The translations under genes and the position numbers were made by a program. Below the pieces are notes generated by a model. It was not told the origin of the DNA and did no database searches. It was given only the letters and a program-made list of their open reading frames with translations. A stretch of 64,000 nucleotides of DNA, taken from the NCBI GenBank assembly GCA_965219085.1, contig OZ244720.1:1088001-1152000 (forward strand). The letters are read 5' to 3'. Within the stretch, counting starts at the first letter, position 1, and every line of letters starts with the position of its first letter. The DNA comes from Dehalococcoidia bacterium (GTDB taxonomy: Bacteria > Chloroflexota > Dehalococcoidia > UBA2979). Below are positions 1 through 11,991 of this stretch, piece by piece.

Positions 1-373
1 CGGCGACGCGCACCGGGTGGCGCCTGCACGCCGCGGCGACGCCGTCGGTGAACGCGTCGACGTCATCGACTTCGATGTCGGCGCCAAGTTCGGCGGCGAT
101 CAGCACGTAGCCGGGCTCGGCGCCCATCGCGGCGAGGTCGGAGATCGAGGTCGCCACGGCGCGCCAGCCCACATCGGCGAAGGACATCGTGTCGCGTCGC
201 CAGTGCGTGCCCTCGGCGAGCGTGTCGACGGTCGCGACGGCGAGGCCGGCGTCGACGGCCCACACGGCCGCGTCGTCGCCCGGGGGGACGACGATATCGA
301 GCGCGGCAGCCTCACCGAGCCGCGCGACGATGCGGTCGATCAGGCCGAACTCGCCCAGGTCGTCAACGGTCAT
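1..373 (-). CDS. thiL: Thiamine-monophosphate kinase, 5' part; runs off the window edge
   Basis: Manual translation from ATG at 373: MTVDDLGEFGLIDRI...PGDDAAV...TVDTLAEGTHW...VGWRAVATSISDLAAMGAEP, the typical ThiL motifs. Absent from the ORF track because it is truncated. Confidence 0.93.
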   Translation of the reverse strand, partial: MTVDDLGEFGLIDRIVARLGEAAALDIVVPPGDDAAVWAVDAGLAVATVDTLAEGTHWRRDTMSFADVGWRAVATSISDLAAMGAEPGYVLIAAELGADIEVDDVDAFTDGVAAACRRHPVRVA

Positions 374-508
374 GCCTGCAAGTCTAAGGCTCCTGTCCGG
401 CAGGCACCGGGACGGAGCGCGATGTCAGGTGTTCACCCGCGGCCGCGAGGTCGTCAGCCGCAAGCGGCTCTGCGCAAGTTGCACATCGGCTCGTCAGGAC
501 AACGGCCT

Positions 509-985
509 CTAGGAGGTGGACTGCTCCTCGCTGCGCCTCCTCTGGACCTCCTCCTCAGCAACGCGGATCAACTCCAGACCACGCACGGCAGCTTCGAGTT
601 GCTCGGCGTCGAGCAGTCTCACTGCCGGCAGGATCCGCTCCTGCCCAATGCGCCAGAACTGGTCCATGGCGTCCAGACCCGTGGAGGTCAGCTCGCAAAT
701 CACGACCCTGCGGTCAGACGGGTACGATGCACGCTGCACCATGCGCTTCTCGACCAGGCGGTCCACAACCGAGGTCGTCGCGGAGAGAGACGTGCCGAGG
801 TGGCTGGCGATCATCCCCATCCGGGCAGGGCCGTGCTCCTCAAGGAACGCCAGCGTCTTGATCTGGGGGTTGGTCATACCCAATTGCGCCCAGTCGTCCA
901 GGCGGGCGCTCAGGGTTCGGCGGTTCAAATACTCGACCGCGTCCACGAATCGATCGACCAGCGCTTGATCGTTGTCTGTTTCCAC
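509..985 (-). CDS. MarR family transcriptional regulator
   Basis: LGMTNPQIKTLAFL...IASHLGTSLSATTSVVDRLVEKRMVQR...DRRVVICELT wHTH pattern; GTG start at 985 with a GAGGGG RBS upstream. Confidence 0.9.
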   Translation of the reverse strand: METDNDQALVDRFVDAVEYLNRRTLSARLDDWAQLGMTNPQIKTLAFLEEHGPARMGMIASHLGTSLSATTSVVDRLVEKRMVQRASYPSDRRVVICELTSTGLDAMDQFWRIGQERILPAVRLLDAEQLEAAVRGLELIRVAEEEVQRRRSEEQSTS

Positions 986-1252
986 GCGCTTCCCCCTCTG
1001 GAACCCGCCCGGCGCCGGCAGCCCAGACCTTGGACGCCGACCCCCGCACACTCTAGCGCCACTCACGGATATGGTGTTCGAGGCGGCTCATCGCTCAGGA
1101 TTGCTGCTGACCATCCGTAGTGAGCGACAGTAGCGTAGTCCGAAGGAGTGGACTGCGGAACCGCACAATCGAGCCATATGCTGCGAGCCCGCCGCCCCGA
1201 CGAAATCAAACCGTCCGTTCACTGGGCGGCAGGGCCTGACGCAGCCGATAAA

Positions 1253-4126
<2,874 letters not shown>

Positions 4127-4314
4127 TGGTCTGCCTCGGGCGTTGGGGGAGCGTGGAGGTTGCTCCGGGGAGTTGTCGCCATTCTACCAGTGCGGGCGGT
4201 TACACGGGTGCCTGCAAGGGCTCAATCGCCGTTGGCCGGGCCCGGTTTCCCGTCTCTCAGCGATGTCCCAGCGATCGCTTGTCACTGCGGGAGTGACGCT
4301 TCACCCGCAGCGAG

Positions 4315-5523
4315 CTACGCGGCTTGCTCGAACTGCCTCCGGACCTGGCCTGACCCAACAAAGTGAGAGAGCAGCCGGTGGTTTGCCGTCTCATGGCGGA
4401 TGCGTCCCGCGACGATCGCGGGATGCACTCCGATCCGGTGCGCGAGACCGATCACTGCCATCCCGGTGGGTGCCTCGAGCAGCCCACTCGCCTCCCATTC
4501 GGTCTGGGGAATCAGCGCCTCCTGCGCCCAGGCGTCGGCCTCTGCCTCACGGTCGTGGTATCCATCCCCAGGCCTGGACGGCAGCGCGAGGTCATCGATG
4601 AACGCGTCGTGCTCACCGCCGTCAAGGTGCAAGCCTACGTGGGCGAGTTCGTGGAGCAGCGTGAACCAGAAATTGTCGATGCGGTCATAACGGAGCGTGA
4701 GACCGATCACCGGGTGACCGTCGCTGAGCCGGAGCGCCGCGCCGTCCAGGTGCGTGCGCGGGAGATGCTCGACGATCTCGAGGGCGATGCCGTGTTCGCG
4801 CAAGAAGCCCCGCGCCTGCACAGGGCCGTCCTCGGCGGGGCTCAAACTCGCAAGCTCCTGCAGAAAGTCAGGTGTGACAGTGCCGGGGCCGCACGCGTGA
4901 TCTGGGGGGTGGCTGTTCGCCTCGGCCATGACTTGCCAGCACCACGCGCTCAGCGCGTACGCATCTGTCTTCGCGTTGATGCGCTGATGGTCGTTCTTCC
5001 GGTACAAGGCCGCGACGGCGGCCGGCTGCACACCCGCGCGCCCGGCGAGCTCGTGGATCAACTGCTCGGCATTGCCACGCAGATCGGCAACATCGCGAAT
5101 CCAGCTGCGCTTTGCCATCTGCTTGAGCGGGAACTTGCGGAAATCGATCGCGGTGGCGTCGCCTCCGGGCTCCCGGAGGAGCACCTCGGCGGGGATTCGC
5201 AGGTGATCGCGCAGGGCGCGTGCCATCGGCATGGTGATCGCGCGCTTCCCAGAGAGCACCTCGGAGACCCGGGCGGCGCTCCCGATCATCGGAACCAGGT
5301 CGCGACGACTCAGCCCGGCCTGGTCCATGCGGAACTCGATGGCGGCTACGGGATCCGGGTACCCGAACGTCTCTCGCTTCGACTCGTACAGCTCGACGAG
5401 ATCCGCGAGCACATCGAGCTCGTCGCTCTCCGGGGTGCCTTCCCCGGCATCGAAGATCTCCTCGATGCGGGCGAGCGCGCGATCCAGATCCGCGTCGGTG
5501 CGGATTGGCCTGAGGGCTTGCAT
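4315..5523 (-). CDS. higA: HigA-type antitoxin fused to an ImmA/IrrE-like Zn metallopeptidase domain
   Basis: N-terminal PIRTDADLDRALARIEEIFDA...ELDVLADLVELYE, XRE HTH, and C-terminal DNFWFTLLHELAH (HExxH); directly follows higB. Confidence 0.88.
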   Translation of the reverse strand: MQALRPIRTDADLDRALARIEEIFDAGEGTPESDELDVLADLVELYESKRETFGYPDPVAAIEFRMDQAGLSRRDLVPMIGSAARVSEVLSGKRAITMPMARALRDHLRIPAEVLLREPGGDATAIDFRKFPLKQMAKRSWIRDVADLRGNAEQLIHELAGRAGVQPAAVAALYRKNDHQRINAKTDAYALSAWCWQVMAEANSHPPDHACGPGTVTPDFLQELASLSPAEDGPVQARGFLREHGIALEIVEHLPRTHLDGAALRLSDGHPVIGLTLRYDRIDNFWFTLLHELAHVGLHLDGGEHDAFIDDLALPSRPGDGYHDREAEADAWAQEALIPQTEWEASGLLEAPTGMAVIGLAHRIGVHPAIVAGRIRHETANHRLLSHFVGSGQVRRQFEQAA

Positions 5524-5525
5524 TC

Positions 5526-5819
5526 CTACACCTCCTCGGCGTCTATGCGGTCATACTCCGCGTGCGTTCCGACGAACTTCACGTACAGAAGTCGCTTCGG
5601 GTAGTTGACCCAGGCCACCAACCGGTAGTCATTCCCCTTGATGCGGAAGACGACCCGGCCGCTCCCGATGATGCTGGCCCGCGGGTACCGAGCCAGGAGG
5701 TCCGTCGGCGTTGCCCAATCCTCCTGCTCGACTTCCCGGTACCACGCGAGGAGAGAAGCCTCCGCCGCAGCATGTCGCTCCCAAAATATTCTCAGTGTAC
5801 GTTTGGACAGTATACGCAC
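5526..5819 (-). CDS. higB: HigB family toxin
   Basis: MRILSKRTLRIFW...RVVFRIKGNDYRLV...KFVGTHAEYDRID, the classic HigB signature. Confidence 0.92.
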   Translation of the reverse strand: MRILSKRTLRIFWERHAAAEASLLAWYREVEQEDWATPTDLLARYPRASIIGSGRVVFRIKGNDYRLVAWVNYPKRLLYVKFVGTHAEYDRIDAEEV

Positions 5820-5853
5820 GTTCTATCAATTCCGCTACAGAGTTGCGCAGTAC

Positions 5854-5890
5854 TCCACTCCCAACGGTTGATATTGTACTTGTGAGTGGA
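5854..5890. promoter_or_regulatory. Inverted-repeat operator over the higBA promoter
   Basis: TCCACTCCCAA (5854-5864) and TTGTGAGTGGA (5880-5890) are 10/11 complementary and enclose a minus-strand TACAAT -10 hexamer. Confidence 0.6.
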
Positions 5891-5942
5891 CGCCTGAGCG
5901 AGAGGCTGGCAGTACGTGAGCCTCCTGAACCCGGATCGCACC

Positions 5943-6455
5943 TCATTCCGAACGATCTGCTGTCCACCCGGCTCCGACATCCCCGTGCCCGCCGGCCGCC
6001 GCCTCCATCCGCGCCACGTACCCCTCCGGCAACCCCGCCTCCGCCGCCCCTCGCAGCATCGTCCCGAGGTACGCCCCCGAGGGGGCGATGTGCGCCGCCT
6101 CCCGTGTCGCGACCTGGTAGGCGAGGCAGGCGAGGGCGGCGCCGTCAGGCGTGGTCACGGTCACCTCGATGCGGCGGTAGTGCGCCGGGTCGAGGTGCAG
6201 GCCCTCCTGGCGGTCGAGCGCGGCGCGCTCGGCGAGCGGGATGCGCCAGACGGCTCCCCACACCTCGGCGCCCGGCGCCTCGATGATGTCGGCCACGCCG
6301 CCGTCCCAGCGGGTGCTGCGACGCGTGAACGCGAGGCGGTAGCCGGGAAGCCGGGCGGTGGTGACGAAGACAGCCGAGGAGCAGCTCCCGCGCAGGCGCG
6401 ATCCGAGGAGGTTCGAGCCGTAGCCGAAGTACGCGAAGGTTCCGGCGTCAGTCAG
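5943..6455 (-). CDS. Gamma-glutamylcyclotransferase family protein
   Basis: The frame extends upstream of the ORF-track start to YFGYGSNL...LPGYRLAF...VWGAVW...LDRQEG. Probable CTG start at 6455, overlapping the upstream stop. Confidence 0.85.
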   Translation of the reverse strand: MTDAGTFAYFGYGSNLLGSRLRGSCSSAVFVTTARLPGYRLAFTRRSTRWDGGVADIIEAPGAEVWGAVWRIPLAERAALDRQEGLHLDPAHYRRIEVTVTTPDGAALACLAYQVATREAAHIAPSGAYLGTMLRGAAEAGLPEGYVARMEAAAGGHGDVGAGWTADRSE

Positions 6456-7161
6456 CGGGCGCCTCGCGGCACGCCGCCACGAACGCCTCGAAGAGCGGGC
6501 GCTGGTCCGCGGCCTCGTCGCGCTCTGGGTGCCACTGCACCGACACGGCCCACCGCCTGTCGGGGCGCTCGAGGGCCTCGACGACGCCGTCCCCGGTGGT
6601 GGCGACGACGTTGAGTCCGTCCGCGACGCGGTCCGTCGTCACCGCCTGGTGGTGGCGCGAGTTGACCCGCAGGGTGCGGTCCCCAAAGACCGAGGCCAGC
6701 AGGCTGCCGGGCTCGACCGTCACGTCGTGCCACCCGGAGTCGATCGCGTCGCCCTCGCCGCGCCGGGCGCGATGCGGCTCACGCTCGTGGATGTGCTGGA
6801 GGAGCGAGCCGCCGGCGAAGACGTTGAAGAGCTGGTGGCCACGACAGATGGCGAGCACCGGCACGTCGCGCTCGAAGGCGTCGGCGAGCACCGCCGATTC
6901 GAAGTCATCGCGGTCGGGCGCGATCCCGCGCACGTACTCGCTCTGCTCCTCGTCGTAGCGGCCCGGGTCGACGTCGACTCCGGCGGTCACGACGACGCCG
7001 TCGTAGGCGGGCAGCGTGCGGTTGTCCTCCCACACCGCCTGGTCGTAGGCGACGGGCTCGGCGCCGGTCTCGGCGAGGCGGTCGGTGTAGTCCTCGAAGC
7101 GCTCGCCCATCACTTCCTCGGCGCGGGTCACCAGGATGCGCGGTCGGTCGGCGGGGCTCAT
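6448..7161 (-). CDS. Gamma-glutamyl-gamma-aminobutyrate hydrolase family (peptidase C26, PuuD-like)
   Basis: GVDVDPGRY, PVLAICRGHQL, VNSRHHQAV and VQWHPE class I glutamine amidotransferase motifs; ATG at 7161. Confidence 0.9.
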   Translation of the reverse strand: MSPADRPRILVTRAEEVMGERFEDYTDRLAETGAEPVAYDQAVWEDNRTLPAYDGVVVTAGVDVDPGRYDEEQSEYVRGIAPDRDDFESAVLADAFERDVPVLAICRGHQLFNVFAGGSLLQHIHEREPHRARRGEGDAIDSGWHDVTVEPGSLLASVFGDRTLRVNSRHHQAVTTDRVADGLNVVATTGDGVVEALERPDRRWAVSVQWHPERDEAADQRPLFEAFVAACREAPAD

Positions 7162-7257
7162 CGGGCAGGTGCGGACGGGCGCATGGCCGGAATCCTCGCC
7201 GGGTCGCAACCGACGAGCAGCCTGCGAGGCGCTCGCCGGTCGGCTGGTACACGGGGA

Positions 7258-7334
7258 TGGTCGGGGTGCGCAGATTTGAACTGCGGACCTCGTCGTCCCG
7301 AACGACGCGCTCTTCCAAGCTGAGCTACACCCCG
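7258..7334 (-). tRNA. tRNA-Pro(CGG)
   Basis: CGGGGTGTAGCTCAGCTTGG...CGTCG-TT-CGG-GA-CGACG...GTTCAAATC...CACCCCGACCA; 77-nt cloverleaf with encoded CCA. Confidence 0.97.
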
Positions 7335-7447
7335 GGGAGCGCGGAACCGCGCTCGCAGAACGATCGTAGCACCCGCGCGGAGACAGCGTCGAGGCGACGC
7401 GCGTATGATCCGTAGCGAATGGTGGGGGGAAAGGCCGCACTGCGCGG

Positions 7448-8992
7448 ATGCCCCCGGTTGCACTGTCCTCCCTTCGCAGGCTCATCGCATCGGCGTCGGC
7501 ACGGCGCGCGGCAGCCTTCGTCGCGCTTGGCACGGTCGTGGTGCTCGGCGCGATCGCCGGGTCGACGCCCGGCGAGGCGCAGCGCGTGGACCTCGGCGAG
7601 GAGAACTCGTGGCTGCGCATCCAGAATGTCGGCATCCGCCCGGCCACGATCGAGATCGAGTTCTTCAACCTGGACGGCCGCGCGGTCGCGCGCGACTACT
7701 GCCCTCGCGACGACGCGTGCGAGGCGTTGCCGCCCGGGTTCGGGTGGTCGTTCTTCCAGCAGGGATACCGGCCGCTCGAGGCGGGATACCGCGGCTCGGC
7801 CGTCGCGACGGTGGACCAGCCGTTCGTCGGCCTGCTGGCGCGCGACGTGTTCAAGGATGGGCTATTCCAGATCGGCGGCGACTCGTTGCGCCTCAGCGTC
7901 GGCAGTGCGGCGCAGTACGCACCTATCGTGCAGAACACTGCCGAGTACGTATCGCGCCTCTCCGTGGCGAACCTGAGCGACGAGCACGCCGCGTGCTTCC
8001 AGATCCTGTACTTCGACGAGGGCTCCACGCAGCCCATCCTCGACCCGCCAGGGCGGACCGCAGGCTGCTCGGCGGGAGGCTGGCTCGTCGCGCCGCGCGG
8101 CGCGCTGCTGCGCGACGAGCACGACCTGCCGGTGCCGATGGGCTTCGACGGCTCGGCCATGGTGATCGCGCTGCGGACGTCCGCGGGCGTGCGGGCGGAC
8201 GAGCAGTTGCCCTCGCTGATGGTCGACACGCGTGAGCGAAACGGGCCCGGCCTGGCGACGTACCGCGCCTTCGACGCCCTGGAGCTGAGCCGCGAGATCG
8301 TGCTGCCGCTGGTCGACCGCAACGCCAGCGAGGGGCGCACGACGTGGACCACGCGCTTCCGCATCTTCAGCAGCGTCGGCGAGGCGAACGAGGTGGAGCT
8401 GCTCTTCACGGGCCGTGACGACACGGGCGCCGAGATCGAGATCGAGCACAGCGTGCAGGTGGCCTCGGTGCTGACGTGCGACCAGCGTCTCGACGGCGCC
8501 GGGGGGTGCCTGCCGGACGAGGTAACGCTGCCGGACGTGTTCTTCGGGTCGGTGCGCGCGCGCGCCACCCATCCCATCGCGATCGTCGCCCAGCGACTCG
8601 CGGACGACGGCGCGCTGGCCGACTACCGGGGGTTCACCGCCGAGGAGGCCGCGCGGGAGGTCATGCTGCCGGTGCTCAACAAGAACTTCGGGCCGTGGGG
8701 CGACTTCGTGGGCTGGAACTCGTGGTTCCGGGTCGCCACGTTCGACGGCTCCGAGGGCTCCATGCACGTCATCTACTTCTCGAAGCAGTTCCCGAACGGG
8801 TTGCTCTCACGGGTGGTTAGAGTGGACGGGCAGCGGACGCTGCGCCAGTGGGAAGAGCGGCGCCTGCCCGACGGCTGGGTCGGCAGCGCGATCGTCATCG
8901 CCGACCGCCCCGTCGTCGCCGTCGCGAACCTTGAGAGCGACGTGTTCGAGGGCGACCCGGTGATGCTCTACAACGGCGTGAGCCTCAAGTAG
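7448..8992 (+). CDS. Secreted beta-rich hypothetical protein
   Basis: 514-aa ORF with an N-terminal hydrophobic signal-like segment, repeated beta-sandwich-like units and strong GC3 bias. Confidence 0.75.
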   Translation: MPPVALSSLRRLIASASARRAAAFVALGTVVVLGAIAGSTPGEAQRVDLGEENSWLRIQNVGIRPATIEIEFFNLDGRAVARDYCPRDDACEALPPGFGWSFFQQGYRPLEAGYRGSAVATVDQPFVGLLARDVFKDGLFQIGGDSLRLSVGSAAQYAPIVQNTAEYVSRLSVANLSDEHAACFQILYFDEGSTQPILDPPGRTAGCSAGGWLVAPRGALLRDEHDLPVPMGFDGSAMVIALRTSAGVRADEQLPSLMVDTRERNGPGLATYRAFDALELSREIVLPLVDRNASEGRTTWTTRFRIFSSVGEANEVELLFTGRDDTGAEIEIEHSVQVASVLTCDQRLDGAGGCLPDEVTLPDVFFGSVRARATHPIAIVAQRLADDGALADYRGFTAEEAAREVMLPVLNKNFGPWGDFVGWNSWFRVATFDGSEGSMHVIYFSKQFPNGLLSRVVRVDGQRTLRQWEERRLPDGWVGSAIVIADRPVVAVANLESDVFEGDPVMLYNGVSLK

Positions 8993-9025
8993 GCTGCGGC
9001 TGCCGCTGAGGCGCCAGCCACACAG

Positions 9026-9525
9026 TTGACACAGAAGCACGCCGAGCCCGATGCCGACTGGAGCGCGAGGATCCTGCCGCGAGCACGCTTCTTCCCGGCG
9101 GCGCCCCGCGTCGGGCGCTGGCTGGTCAGCACCCCTCTGACGGTCGCTGTGCCGGAGGTCGCGGTGCTGGACTTCGTCGGCAGCCGGGAGTCGGATCGAG
9201 CGGCGCTCGTGGCGCTCTATGAGGCGACGAACGGGGAGAACTGGCGCACAAACACGAACTGGCTTACAGATTCGCGCTCGGTGAATGGTACGGCGTGACC
9301 ACGGACACCAGTGGCCGTGTCGCGTGGTTATTCCTCGGCGCGAACGAGCTCAGGGGGCCGATTCCGCCGGAACTTGGCGCCTCACCTCGCTCACTCGGCG
9401 CACCCAGCGGCCTCGACCATCTGGGGCTCGCCAACAACGTCGAACTCTCGGGTTGTGTGCCGCTCTCCCTGCAAGCCGTCAGCTACAACGACTTCCTCGA
9501 GCTCGGCCTGCCCTTCTGCGAGTAG
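9026..9525 (+). pseudogene. Decayed RARFFP-domain + LRR gene
   Basis: Half RARFFP domain, then LRR N-cap SDRAALVALYEATNGENW, a frameshift near 9275-9285, then WYGVTTD...GPIPPELG...LGLPFCE; paralogous to 11992-14619. Confidence 0.8.
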
Positions 9526-9562
9526 CTCCCCCTCGCGCTGTGCTCGACGGCGGGCGCGCTCG

Positions 9563-9682
9563 ATGCCCGACAACAGCGTGATGACCACCGCCGAGGTCCT
9601 CGAGCGCTCCGCCGCGTGGCCTGCCAGCGGCGTCTGCGCCGACGGCTCGTGCAGCGGTAACCGCGGCTCCGGGCGGCGGGGG
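9563..9682 (+). pseudogene. Degenerate duplicate of the rnhA 5' end
   Basis: MPDNSVMTTAEVLE...PASGVCADGSCSGNRGSG aligns with intact MPDNGRMTTAEVVE...PASGVFTDGSCSGNPGPG at 14697. Confidence 0.85.
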
Positions 9683-9808
9683 CGCCGCGTGTCCTGGTCC
9701 CGCGACTCGGCCGCGACTCCATAGAGGCTCGCATCGGAGCGAGCCTGGAGTAGGCTGCCGCCGAGGGCTCGGCCGGACGGCTGGCGCAGCAGCGACACGG
9801 GAACGGCG

Positions 9809-11830
9809 ATGCGCACACGCCTGGCCGCGATCGCGGTGATCACCCTCTTCGCAACGCTGGGCGTGACCACCGTCGGTACCGTCGCCGCCCAGAGCACGAG
9901 CGTCGACATCGAGGTGCGCGTCGCCGCGCAGCGCCTCGCCGACGGGCGCACGGAGTTCGCACTCCAGCATCGCGAGCCGGGCGGCGAGTGGAGCGAACGG
10001 GCACTGCCGCGGGCGCGGTTCTTCCCCGCGACGGCCGATGTCGGGCGCTGGCTCACGAGCACGCCGCTGACGGTGCGCGCGCCGGGCGCGGACGCCGACG
10101 ACGACGGCACCGAGGTGCGCGTGACTGCTCGACGCCTCGCGGACGGTCGCACGGAGTTCGCGCTGCGGCACCACGAGCCTGATGGCGAGTGGAGCGGGCG
10201 CGTCCTCCCGCGGGCGCGGTTCTTCCCGGCGTCGCCGCGGGTCGGGCGCTGGCTGGTTAGCTCGCCGCTCACGGTGGCGGCGCCGCAGCCGGAGGCAGCG
10301 GCCGCCGGCGCGTTCACCTCCGTCGACGCCGGGTACGACCACACCTGCGCGATCCGCAATGACGGCACGGTCGCGTGCTGGGGCAGCGACCCCCATGGCG
10401 GCAGACCGCCTGGCGGCTCGTTCACGTCCGTCAGCGCCGGGTGGGGCCACATCTGCGGGGTCCGGACCGGCGGCACGGTCGTCTGCTGGGGCAGCGACCA
10501 GTTCGGCAAGGCCACGCCGGCCGGCGGCTCGTTCAGCTCTATCGACACCTGGTGGGACCACAACTGCGGGATTCGCGCCGACGGCACGGTCGCCTGCTGG
10601 GGCAACGACGAGTCCGGCCAGTCCACGCCACCCGCCGGCTCATTCACGTCGGTCAGCACCGGGTATCGTCACACCTGCGGTGTCCGGACCGACGGCACAC
10701 TCGCCTGCTGGGGCACCGACTACGGCGGCCAGTCCACACCGCCCGCCGGCTCGTTCTCCTCGGTCAGCACCGGGTACGACCACAACTGCGGGCTGCGGAC
10801 CGACGACACGGTCGCCTGCTGGGGCACGAACTACGATGGCGAGTCCGTGCCGCCTGAGGGTTCGTTCACCGCGGTCGGCGCGGGGTCGAGCCACACCTGC
10901 GGGATCCGGACCGATGGCACGGTCGCCTGCTGGGGCTCCGACTTCCACGGGCAGTCCACGCCACCAGAGGGCTCGTTCACCTCGCTCACCGCGGGAGGGG
11001 ACCACAGCTGCGGGCTGCGGACCGACGGAGCGATCACGTGCTGGGGCACCGATGCGGATGGCCGGGCGACGCCGCCCGGGGGCACGTTCGCGTCGATCAG
11101 CGCCGAAGTGTACCACACCTGCGGCCTCCTGACCGACGGCACGGTGGTGTGCTGGAGCGACGACCACCGGACGCCGCCGCCTGCCGGCTCGTTCACGTCG
11201 GTGAGCGCCGGAGCTGCCCACGGCTGCGGGATCCGTTCGGACGGCGCGGTCGCCTGCTGGGGGAGCAGCGACTATGGCCGAGCGACGCCGCCCGCCGGCT
11301 CCTTCACCGCCGTCAGCGCGGGGAGTGGCCACACCTGTGGGGTACGCACCGACGGCACGCTCGCCTGCTGGGGCAGGAACTACGATGGCGAGTCGGCCGC
11401 GCCCGAGGGTTCGTTCACCGCGGTCAGCGCCGGGTCGCGGTACGCCTGCGCGATCCGAACCGACGGCACGGTCGCGTGCTGGGGCGACGACTCCGATGGC
11501 AGGGCCACGCCGCCCGCCGGCGCGTTCACCTCGGTAAGCGCGGGGAGGGACCATACGTGCGGGATCCGCACTGACGGCGCGGCCGTCTGCTGGGGCGACA
11601 ACCTCTTCCACCAGACCAGGCGACCCGTCGGCTCGTTCACCTCAGTCACCGCCGGGGGTGGCCACAGTTGCGGGGTTCGCACCGACGGCGCGCTGGTCTG
11701 CTGGGGCCACGAGTCGGCCTGGCTCGAGCAACCCGCCGGCTCCTTCACGTCGGTCAGCGCCGGATCCCAGCACACCTGCGCGATCCGGACGGACGGCACG
11801 GTCACCTGCTGGGGCGGCGAGTTCCGATGA
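9809..11830 (+). CDS. Secreted RCC1/BLIP-II-like beta-propeller protein with two N-terminal RARFFP domains
   Basis: Signal peptide, then 14 repeats of about 37 aa, FTSVSAGxxHTCGxRTDGTVACWG...TPPAGS. Confidence 0.88.
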   Translation: MRTRLAAIAVITLFATLGVTTVGTVAAQSTSVDIEVRVAAQRLADGRTEFALQHREPGGEWSERALPRARFFPATADVGRWLTSTPLTVRAPGADADDDGTEVRVTARRLADGRTEFALRHHEPDGEWSGRVLPRARFFPASPRVGRWLVSSPLTVAAPQPEAAAAGAFTSVDAGYDHTCAIRNDGTVACWGSDPHGGRPPGGSFTSVSAGWGHICGVRTGGTVVCWGSDQFGKATPAGGSFSSIDTWWDHNCGIRADGTVACWGNDESGQSTPPAGSFTSVSTGYRHTCGVRTDGTLACWGTDYGGQSTPPAGSFSSVSTGYDHNCGLRTDDTVACWGTNYDGESVPPEGSFTAVGAGSSHTCGIRTDGTVACWGSDFHGQSTPPEGSFTSLTAGGDHSCGLRTDGAITCWGTDADGRATPPGGTFASISAEVYHTCGLLTDGTVVCWSDDHRTPPPAGSFTSVSAGAAHGCGIRSDGAVACWGSSDYGRATPPAGSFTAVSAGSGHTCGVRTDGTLACWGRNYDGESAAPEGSFTAVSAGSRYACAIRTDGTVACWGDDSDGRATPPAGAFTSVSAGRDHTCGIRTDGAAVCWGDNLFHQTRRPVGSFTSVTAGGGHSCGVRTDGALVCWGHESAWLEQPAGSFTSVSAGSQHTCAIRTDGTVTCWGGEFR

Positions 11831-11991
11831 GTGGCCGATGGCGCCCGGCGACACCTGTCAGAGCGTGATCGCTGGCCGGAGACCGTGCCCAAGAATCCCT
11901 CTCCCACAGTTGACCAGCAACACCCTGTCATAGAGTGATATTCTCCCGCGTGGAGCACCCCCGCCGACGGGCCTCGAGACTGGAGCAGAGC

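Noticed and set aside
385-412. Possible decayed duplicate of the gyrA 3' end bracketing the MarR gene
   Set aside because: The similarity is short and GC-rich and cannot be distinguished from chance by eye.
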